From IMG/VR virus record IMGVR_UViG_3300042429_000905, positions 1-52,233 of that record: a stretch of 52,233 nt of DNA. One strand, given 5' to 3'. How positions within the stretch are numbered: the stretch's first letter is position 1; each line of letters starts with the position of its first letter. The notes beneath the pieces are model-generated. The model was not told where the DNA came from. It saw nothing but the letters and a program-made list of their open reading frames with translations, and searched no databases. This DNA comes from a virus (lineage: Duplodnaviria > Caudoviricetes). Shown here one piece after another: positions 6,343 to 13,648 of the stretch. The position numbers and the translations under genes were made by a program.

Positions 6343-8898
6343 ATGCAAAACTCTGTCGAATCCCCTACCCCACCACCTTCCGCTGGTCAAGTCCGTTATT
6401 TTGGCGGACCGGACATCACCTCCGGCCTTGAGCTTCTGCCGCCCCGCAACTTCGGGGAGCTTTTCCGCTCATACTTCCTCAGTCCCGCCACGCTGAAGAT
6501 CGACCGGACCGCGTTTCTCCTGCTGACCAAACCGGAGCAGGCGCTTCTCAAGCGACAGCGCTACATCGTGGCAGGCACGGCGACGGGACCCGGCCCCCGC
6601 ACCCAAGACCGGATGCCGTTCTGCTCCCTCGTGATCGTGGACGTGGACGTGCATGAGGACGCCCGCCACTTCATCGACGAGGAAAGCGCCCTCCCCCGGC
6701 TGCTGCCCTACAATTTCATCCTGTACCGCACGCTGTCCTCCGCACCCGGAGCAGCGCGGGTCCGGGTCATCATCGACGCGCAGCCCTTCCCCTCCGCCGA
6801 CTACCCCAAGGCTGTCCGCTACGTCTGCGCCAGCCTCGGCATCGCCGCCAACCCGGAGAGTCTCCGTTGGGGCCAGCCGATGTTCATCCCCACTGCCTGC
6901 AACGACGATCCGAACCCCCTGATCTGCTACAACCTCGAACGTGGCCCCCTCCCCCACGATGCTTTCCGTGACTACGAGATCCCGGCAAACGTGGCCTCCC
7001 CGGAGACGGCGTTCGTTAAGGTCGTCTCCGAAGAGCCACCACTGGTGGACATCGAACTGGAAGACATTGAGGAGATGCTGCGCCACATCGACCCGGATAC
7101 CAGCTACGAGGAGTGGTTCCGCATCCTGTGCGCCATCCGGCACCAATGTGGGCAGGGGAACAAGGACTACGACGACGCCGGATTCGCCATTTTCAACGAT
7201 TGGAGCAGCCAAGGGGTGAAATACACCTCAGAACAGGACCTACGAGCCAAATGGCGCTCGTTCAGACCCTCTCCCAAGGCGGGGAGCCCAGTCACCACCC
7301 TCCGGACGCTCCTGAGGCTCGCCAAGGCCGCAGGATGGGGCAAGGCGCACGGCGCTCTCAAGACCTTGACCACGTTTCAGGACGAAATTGCCGCTGAGGA
7401 GGACACCGACGCTCTGATCAACCGCTATCCCGGCCTGATCGCCGAGGCCAGCCACCTGACCCTGCCCGACACCGAGGTCCTCGTGGTGGCCGTGGCATCC
7501 CGCTTGGCCAAGTTGGGGGTCAAACTGGGCGTCCCCACCGTCCGCAAGGCCGTCGCCGCAGCCAAACGCATCGCTGCGGAGGCGTACGGGAGCGAGGGGG
7601 GCACCGTCCCCTCGTGGGCGGCAGGATGGACCTTTTTGGCCACCGAGAACAGATTCGTCCACAGCCACAAAGGCACCGTCTACCCGGTGGAGGGATTCAC
7701 AGGGGCGTTCAAAATGCTGGTCGAACCCGACGAGGAGGGCAAACGGGACCGACCGGCGGACCTTGTCCTCTCCATCCCCTCATTTCCACGGGTGGACGGG
7801 TTCAGATACCGCCCCGACCGGGGTGACGAGCGAATCATCACCGAGGACGGCGACAACTTCATCAACAGCTATCGCGCCACCGGCGCGGACGCGGATAAAT
7901 CCACCTCCAAGGAAGCCGGAGACCTGATTGAATTTCACACGGGGTCCAACTTCCCCGGCGACGAGGTATGCCAGAAGCTGCTCATCAGCTTCCTCGCCCA
8001 CATCGTGCAGTTCCCCGGCAAGAAGATCAAATGGGCGGTCTTCATGCAAGGAGTGGAGGGGTCTGGGAAGGGCGTTTACATGGACATGATGGAGGCGGTT
8101 CTCGGCAGTTCAAACTACGTCGCGGTAGGGGATGACGCCATCGAAAGCAAGTTCAACGAGTGGGCTGCGGACAAGCAACTGATCTTTTACGACGAGGTAA
8201 TCCAAGGCAACATGAAGCAGGACCGGATGAACAACTTGAAGGCCAAGATCACCAATCCGGGGCTGACCATTGCGCAGAAGAACAAGGACACCCGCACCAT
8301 TCCAAACACCGCCAACGACTTTTTCGCATCCAATTCCGCCAGCGGCATTCGGATCGACGACAATGACCGGAGGTACTTCATTCTCCAGTCCATCTTTCAG
8401 ACCAAAAAGGACATCACCGCGTTCAAAGCGGCCAACCCCGGTCACTTCACCCAGATGTTCCGGTTGAAGGACGAGTTGGCCGGGGGTGCCAAACACTACC
8501 TGCTGAACTACCCCATCCACCCCACGTTCAACCCCAATGGTGAGGCACCCCTCACCTCCGCCCGAAGCAACGTCGTCAATGCCGGGAGGTCGGACATCGA
8601 GTGGACCATCCAAGAAATCATCGACGAAGGCAACGCATCCATAGTGTTTCCGGACATCATCTCGTCTAGCGCGTTGCAGGCAGAACTCCGGGCGAGGGGA
8701 GAGAAGCAGCACAACGTCAGGGCGGTCTCAATGGCGCTCCGCAAGATGGGGTTCACCAACGTCGGTCAGCACGGAGTTGGCCACAACCGCCACTCTCTGT
8801 GGGTTACCGACGACTTGGTGGGTGCCAGCTACGGGGGGATCATCAAAGAGCGGCAGCTTATCCGCGACCTCCTCGAAGGCGACACCGACCTGCTTTGA
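6343..8898 (+). CDS. DNA primase-helicase (primase domain, PriCT-2, DUF5906/SF3-type ATPase)
   Basis: VDVD; PriCT-2 pattern YEEWFRI..F.DWS.QG.KY..KW.SF; Walker A GVEGSGKG; FNEW..LIFYDE; DRRYF. Confidence 0.9.
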   Translation: MQNSVESPTPPPSAGQVRYFGGPDITSGLELLPPRNFGELFRSYFLSPATLKIDRTAFLLLTKPEQALLKRQRYIVAGTATGPGPRTQDRMPFCSLVIVDVDVHEDARHFIDEESALPRLLPYNFILYRTLSSAPGAARVRVIIDAQPFPSADYPKAVRYVCASLGIAANPESLRWGQPMFIPTACNDDPNPLICYNLERGPLPHDAFRDYEIPANVASPETAFVKVVSEEPPLVDIELEDIEEMLRHIDPDTSYEEWFRILCAIRHQCGQGNKDYDDAGFAIFNDWSSQGVKYTSEQDLRAKWRSFRPSPKAGSPVTTLRTLLRLAKAAGWGKAHGALKTLTTFQDEIAAEEDTDALINRYPGLIAEASHLTLPDTEVLVVAVASRLAKLGVKLGVPTVRKAVAAAKRIAAEAYGSEGGTVPSWAAGWTFLATENRFVHSHKGTVYPVEGFTGAFKMLVEPDEEGKRDRPADLVLSIPSFPRVDGFRYRPDRGDERIITEDGDNFINSYRATGADADKSTSKEAGDLIEFHTGSNFPGDEVCQKLLISFLAHIVQFPGKKIKWAVFMQGVEGSGKGVYMDMMEAVLGSSNYVAVGDDAIESKFNEWAADKQLIFYDEVIQGNMKQDRMNNLKAKITNPGLTIAQKNKDTRTIPNTANDFFASNSASGIRIDDNDRRYFILQSIFQTKKDITAFKAANPGHFTQMFRLKDELAGGAKHYLLNYPIHPTFNPNGEAPLTSARSNVVNAGRSDIEWTIQEIIDEGNASIVFPDIISSSALQAELRARGEKQHNVRAVSMALRKMGFTNVGQHGVGHNRHSLWVTDDLVGASYGGIIKERQLIRDLLEGDTDLL

Positions 8899-8948
8899 CA
8901 AGTTTTGCACCTTGACAACGCCACAACCCCACACTACATCGCGGAACT

Positions 8949-9320
8949 ATGACAAAAGAAAACGCACATTTATATCTCCCGCTTGTCCAAGCTCTTGCCG
9001 ACGGAAAAACGATTGAGATTCTTGCCAACAGAAAGGGCCGTGAAGATTGGGAAGAAGTACTTGACTTTACTTGTTCCTGCCCTCCTAGCACATACCGCAT
9101 CAAACCCGGGCCAGTAACTGTGCCGCTGGGGCCGGAGGATGTGCCGCCGGGGAGCGTGATCAGGGGTATCGGATTTTCCGAATGGTGGATGGTAACAAGC
9201 GTCGCAAAAATCCAGATTTACTGTGGGGAAAGAACTTGGTCAACCTACGAGTCTCTTCAGAAAAATTGTGAGATCAAACGCCCCGGCGAGGACTGGATGC
9301 CCTGTCACAAACCAGCCTGA
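8949..9320 (+). CDS. Hypothetical protein
   Basis: QALADGKTIE..YRIKP pattern common in phage proteins; promoter-like TTGACA at 8912. Confidence 0.7.
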   Translation: MTKENAHLYLPLVQALADGKTIEILANRKGREDWEEVLDFTCSCPPSTYRIKPGPVTVPLGPEDVPPGSVIRGIGFSEWWMVTSVAKIQIYCGERTWSTYESLQKNCEIKRPGEDWMPCHKPA

Positions 9321-9333
9321 ACCGCCGAAAACC

Positions 9334-9966
9334 ATGCGAAACGTCAACTGTCCCAAGACCAAAATCTTCATCCGTGCCGACGCGTTTGGCGGACCAGCCG
9401 ACCGTTATGAGCCCGCGTGGCTCGTCTCCGTCCGCGCCATGCGCAACAGACCCTTCGCTTTTCAGGCGTGGATTGAGAAGTATGCCGCCTGCTACGATAA
9501 GATCCCGCCTCAGTGTGTCTACTGGTACGAGCCCGAGGACGACCATAAACCGCTGCCGCTGCACAAAGTGCAGATGTGGGAGTGCCTCTCCGGGAGCATC
9601 GAGGTCTGGCGCAAGGACCAACTCACTGACGTGCCGGTCATCGTCAACCTCGGCAAGGGAATGCCCCCGATTCGCGGCCACTACTGGTTCACCGTTGACT
9701 TCATGCCCGAGGGACAGGCACAGGGCATCCTTGACGTTGGCGACTCGGAACTGCTAGAGGAGCACAAGGAGGGAAACGTGATCAAGCTCGAAAACGGGCA
9801 GATTGCGATCTACCCCAACAACCGCATCAAATGGCTCCCGGTCTCACTCACCGGCAAGGACGCCGCCGCTGCCATTCCCGACTGGGACGTCGCCACCAAC
9901 GCGCAGTGGGACGAGTGGTGGATGGACTCCGACGAGATCCTCGGCGACTCGAAATGGGCCTACTGA
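9334..9966 (+). CDS. Conserved phage protein (start MRNVNCPK)
   Basis: QMWECLS..YWFTVD..EHK..LENGQIAIYPNNR. Confidence 0.75.
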   Translation: MRNVNCPKTKIFIRADAFGGPADRYEPAWLVSVRAMRNRPFAFQAWIEKYAACYDKIPPQCVYWYEPEDDHKPLPLHKVQMWECLSGSIEVWRKDQLTDVPVIVNLGKGMPPIRGHYWFTVDFMPEGQAQGILDVGDSELLEEHKEGNVIKLENGQIAIYPNNRIKWLPVSLTGKDAAAAIPDWDVATNAQWDEWWMDSDEILGDSKWAY

Positions 9967-10038
9967 AAAGATTTTCTGAAATACTTCTTTACAACACCAC
10001 AACCCCGCTACAAGGTAACCTCATCACCAACTAAAACA

Positions 10039-10698
10039 ATGACTGAACTCGAACAAACACTCGCTGACACGATCCTGATCCAAGCCAACAATCTGTCCCA
10101 CGATACCAAAGTGGTCCTCCGGATGACTCAGGCGTACCAGACCCTTCAGGACGCCGTCGCCACCCGCGTCCGCTCCGTCAACTACCATAACGCATACGTC
10201 AAGCTGCAAAGCCAGTCGACGCCACTCTGGGGCTGCGGAGACGCCGAACCGAGCGTCTGCACCACGCCACTCTGGGTTTGCCCGGAAGAAGAGGCACCAG
10301 CACCGCCCGAGACTGCGGTTACCGACGCCAAACCCAAGCGGACTCGCCGGACCAAGGAGCAGATCGCCGCCGACGAGGCCGCTGCCGCTGCGGCAACCGC
10401 CGAGGTCGCCTCGGAGCCCGCTTCCGCGACCGAGGAGCCAGTTGCCGAGCTTGATTCGCTCGACGATGACCTCGCCGACGAGCCAGAACCCGAAGTGCCC
10501 ACCATCACGCGGGGACAGGTCCAAGAACTGTTCACACACAAGCTCAAGGTCATCGGGGCTGGCGGAGTAGCCCCCGTCAATGCCTTCAAGGGCAAGGTGC
10601 GTGAACTCCTCGCCAAGTACGAAGCCCCCGGCGGTGTCTCCACCGTCCCCGACGCGAACCTCGTGGCGTTCCACGCCGAGTTGGCCAACCTCGCATAA
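10039..10698 (+). CDS. Hypothetical protein typical of the gene upstream of DUF2800
   Basis: KPKRTRRTKEQI, acidic Ala/Pro linker, C-terminal VRELLAKY..VS.V helical domain. Confidence 0.75.
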   Translation: MTELEQTLADTILIQANNLSHDTKVVLRMTQAYQTLQDAVATRVRSVNYHNAYVKLQSQSTPLWGCGDAEPSVCTTPLWVCPEEEAPAPPETAVTDAKPKRTRRTKEQIAADEAAAAAATAEVASEPASATEEPVAELDSLDDDLADEPEPEVPTITRGQVQELFTHKLKVIGAGGVAPVNAFKGKVRELLAKYEAPGGVSTVPDANLVAFHAELANLA

Positions 10699-10708
10699 AC
10701 AATTTCCG

Positions 10709-10850
10709 GGCTGTCGCTTCCCTTAATAACCAAAACCTGGGCAGGTAGCGGTGGGGACAGCGGCAGTCGCGGACCAATCTGGGGGTGGTAGCCGGTGAGC
10801 CTCCCGAGTAGGACTGGACAACCGAAAGCCCAGGACACCCTGCCACCCCC
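10709..10850 (+). ncRNA. Candidate structured RNA with two stem domains
   Basis: 10709-10722 pairs with 10754-10768; 10781-10791 pairs with 10840-10850 and encloses a 3-way junction; G-U wobbles favour the + strand. Confidence 0.4.
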
Positions 10851-10864
10851 TCCCTTTTTCCAAC

Positions 10865-11065
10865 ATGGACATCCAAGCCGCCATTTACGCGTCTATCTGC
10901 TACTTAACTGCGGTCTTCTGCGCCTTCGTTGTCGGTCAAAATTCAGCCCTTAACAAGGCCAACCGCATCCTCGCCCAGCGCCGTGAGAAATGGCTGCGGG
11001 TGATGGCGCGGCAAGACACCGTCCTCGGCGAAGCCGTTATCGACACCACCAAACCAATTTTATAA
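10865..11065 (+). CDS. Small membrane protein, 66 aa
   Basis: N-terminal TM helix; ends 1 nt before the next ATG. Confidence 0.6.
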   Translation: MDIQAAIYASICYLTAVFCAFVVGQNSALNKANRILAQRREKWLRVMARQDTVLGEAVIDTTKPIL

Positions 11066-11066
11066 C

Positions 11067-12290
11067 ATGCCGCCCTCCACCCACTCAAAGCTTTCTCCCT
11101 CTTCCGCCTCGTGCTGGTCAAAATGTACGGCGTCCATCGCGTTCACCGAAGCCTGCCGCCAGTCCCCTGACCCAGCCATCCGCAAGGTGGTGGCCAACGC
11201 CGAGCGTGGTAGCATCTACGCCGACGAGGGTACTCAAGCCCACGACTACGCCGAGCAGATCCTCCTTGGCAAGCTGAAGGAGAAGGACCTGCCCAAGGAT
11301 TTCGCTCCCGTCCTCGACTACACCCGGCTCTGCCAGACTCTGGCCAACCGCTGGGAGGGTCAAGTCCTCGTGGAGACCAAAGTGCCGCTGTTCTACTTCC
11401 CACAGGACACCGGGACCGTCGATCACGCCATCATCAGCCCCGAGATGATCTGCGTCACCGACCTCAAATACGGCATCGGAGTCCCCGTTGAGGCCGAGCA
11501 TAACGAGCAGTTGGCGATCTACGCCTACAGCCTGATTCTCAACCACCCCACTACTTTCCCTGACTCCACCCCCGTGGAGATCCGCATCTGCCAGCCCCGC
11601 TACACTGGCGGCGAGACCGAGAAGCTCTGGCAGCTTACTATCGGCGAGCTTCGCGCCAGCATCAGCCACGTCACCGCTGCTGCGGACGTCATTCTCAACG
11701 GCCCCGAGGCCGCACTCGACTTCGCCCCAGACTTCAAGACCTGCCGGTGGTGCAAGGCCAAGGAAGTCTGCCACGTCAGGGCCGCAGAGCCGCTGGCCCG
11801 GATCGACCCCAAGCTGCTCGACGCCTTCGAGTGCGAATTGGAACTGGTGGATACCATCGACATCCCGGTGCTGGCCACCCTCACGCAGCAGCAGATCCTC
11901 GGCATCCACCAACGGTCCGAGGAGTTGATCGGCCTGATCGAAGGCTGCGCCAAGTACCTCCACCAGCAGGCCATGGAGGGCAATCCCGTCAGAGGCACCA
12001 AGCTCGTGGAAGGCCGTCAAGGCAACCGCGCTTGGGCCGACGAGGAGTCCGCCGTCAAGGCCGTCAAGGGACTGCTTTCCGAGGACCAGCTTTTCACCCG
12101 CAAACTCGTCTCACCAACTCAGGTTGCAAAGTTGCTTAAAGACTGCAAGGTTCCGAAAGAAATCCTTACGGCGGTAGATGCTTTAACAGTTAGGGCAAAC
12201 GGAAAGCCAGTTTTGGCCCTTTCCGGAGACAAGCGCCCAGCCATTCCCGCCCCAACCGAAGGATTCACCACCACCGATGATCAAGATTGA
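11067..12290 (+). CDS. DUF2800 Cas4-like PD-(D/E)XK exonuclease
   Basis: HSKLSPSSA..W..C, EGTQAH, GTVD, DLKYG.G..V.AE.NEQL.IYA, CRWCKA..C. Confidence 0.9.
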   Translation: MPPSTHSKLSPSSASCWSKCTASIAFTEACRQSPDPAIRKVVANAERGSIYADEGTQAHDYAEQILLGKLKEKDLPKDFAPVLDYTRLCQTLANRWEGQVLVETKVPLFYFPQDTGTVDHAIISPEMICVTDLKYGIGVPVEAEHNEQLAIYAYSLILNHPTTFPDSTPVEIRICQPRYTGGETEKLWQLTIGELRASISHVTAAADVILNGPEAALDFAPDFKTCRWCKAKEVCHVRAAEPLARIDPKLLDAFECELELVDTIDIPVLATLTQQQILGIHQRSEELIGLIEGCAKYLHQQAMEGNPVRGTKLVEGRQGNRAWADEESAVKAVKGLLSEDQLFTRKLVSPTQVAKLLKDCKVPKEILTAVDALTVRANGKPVLALSGDKRPAIPAPTEGFTTTDDQD

Positions 12291-12504
12291 ACGGCAAATA
12301 AAACCACCCACCCGCATCCACGTCCGCCGCAAGCTCATGTTTGACGCCCTGCAAATCGGGGAGACCCTGTTTGAACCCGGCGACGGACTGAACCTCAAAG
12401 CCTACACTTCGCGCTACCAGAAGAACTCCAGTTTCAAAACCTTCATCACTTGGTTGAATGAAGAGGCTGGCGTCAAAGGGCGCTTTGTCCAACGGACCAC
12501 CTAA
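12277..12504 (+). CDS. Hypothetical small protein
   Basis: FDALQIGETLF pattern, similar to the 38771-39103 product. Confidence 0.6.
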   Translation: MIKIERQIKPPTRIHVRRKLMFDALQIGETLFEPGDGLNLKAYTSRYQKNSSFKTFITWLNEEAGVKGRFVQRTT

Positions 12505-12526
12505 ACTTTCCAGCACACGCTGAAAA

Positions 12527-12555
12527 CCTCCTGCCGGTGAGGAACCCAACCGGCA
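12527..12555 (+). promoter_or_regulatory. Predicted H-type RNA pseudoknot in the SSB leader
   Basis: S1 CCTC/GAGG, S2 TGCCGGT/ACCGGCA, loops of 1, 0 and 6 nt. Confidence 0.55.
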
Positions 12556-12571
12556 AAAATAAATAACTCAG

Positions 12572-13168
12572 ATGAATACTACACTCACATTGAAAAACGT
12601 CCGTCTCGCCTTCAGCGACAGCCTGACCGAGGCCAAAGCCATCCAAGGGGGCAAACCCCGCTACGGCTGCACCCTCATCATTGAGGATGACGCCACCCTG
12701 AAGGAAGTGGAAGCGGCCATCAAGGCCATCGCCACGGCAGAGTTCAAAGGCAATGTCCCTCCCGGCAAGGACAGCGCCCTGCGCGACGGCAACCTGAATA
12801 CCAACAAGGAAGATGAGGTCTACAAAGGCTTCGAGAACAAGTGGTTCTTGAGCGCCAACCGCGCTGACTCCCTTGGTGCCCCGCTCATCCTCGACAACAA
12901 GCGTGATCCCTCCACCGGGAAACCGCGTGTCATCACCGACAAGACGGACATCAAGTACCCCGAGGCCGGAGACTACGTCAACGCCCGCATCAACCTGTTC
13001 TCATTGAACGGGAAAAGTGATAGGAAAGCCAATCCGGCCTACGGCAAGAAGATCTGCTGCGGACTGGAGGTAATTCAGTTTGCCGCCAAGGGCGAACCCT
13101 TTGGTGCCAGCAAGCCTACCGCCGACGGCTTCGACGCCGAGGACGAGGACATGGACGACCTCTCCTAA
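12572..13168 (+). CDS. ssb: DUF2815 single-stranded DNA-binding protein (T7 gp2.5-like)
   Basis: LKNVRLAF, KPRYG.TL, LRDG, G.YVNA, GLE.IQF..GEPFG, acidic tail. Confidence 0.9.
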   Translation: MNTTLTLKNVRLAFSDSLTEAKAIQGGKPRYGCTLIIEDDATLKEVEAAIKAIATAEFKGNVPPGKDSALRDGNLNTNKEDEVYKGFENKWFLSANRADSLGAPLILDNKRDPSTGKPRVITDKTDIKYPEAGDYVNARINLFSLNGKSDRKANPAYGKKICCGLEVIQFAAKGEPFGASKPTADGFDAEDEDMDDLS

Positions 13169-13223
13169 GCATCAGATCCCGGCACCGCAGCGGTCTCTGC
13201 GGTAATTTTAACCAGATAACAAA

Positions 13224-13439
13224 ATGAGCGACAACATTGACTACGCCCTGAGAGACTTGGAGGAGTACTTTGACTCTTTCCCGGAAACGGCCATCTCAAT
13301 CATCTTCGGTTTCCACGACGATGACGATGACGAAACCGGCTCCTACGTGTTCGCCGCCGGGAAGCGCCGGTTTCCCAGTGCGCCCACCATGTCCGGGGCC
13401 ATCCTCAATGCACACGCAGAACTTTTCTCAGCTAACTAA
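13224..13439 (+). CDS. Hypothetical acidic protein
   Basis: ORF with an A-rich start context. Confidence 0.55.
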   Translation: MSDNIDYALRDLEEYFDSFPETAISIIFGFHDDDDDETGSYVFAAGKRRFPSAPTMSGAILNAHAELFSAN

Positions 13440-13443
13440 ATAT

Positions 13444-13647
13444 ATGAATCCAGAACAACGACGCAAACGGGCCGCAGAACTCGCGGACGAGATCAATTCC
13501 AACCACCTGCTTCAGGACGACCTCCGGTTCCTGCTGACGGACCTGACGATGGCACGGATGTCCACGGCGGACAACGAGCGGGAGCGCACGATGCGACGCT
13601 CGCACGACATCAACCCGACCACCCCACGCCCCCAGTTCTCCTACTGA
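13444..13647 (+). CDS. Hypothetical protein (start MNPEQRRK)
   Basis: Fills the gap and ends 1 nt before the polymerase ATG. Confidence 0.55.
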   Translation: MNPEQRRKRAAELADEINSNHLLQDDLRFLLTDLTMARMSTADNERERTMRRSHDINPTTPRPQFSY

Positions 13648-13648
13648 C

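Noticed and set aside
10217-10281. Duplicated ACGCCACTCTGGG (TPLWGC/TPLWVC)
   Set aside because: A real but short local duplication in a linker; no function can be supported
10781-10850. tRNA or known self-cleaving ribozyme
   Set aside because: No TTC T-loop or cloverleaf, and no CTGANGA/GAAA or twister core; kept only as an unknown structured RNA
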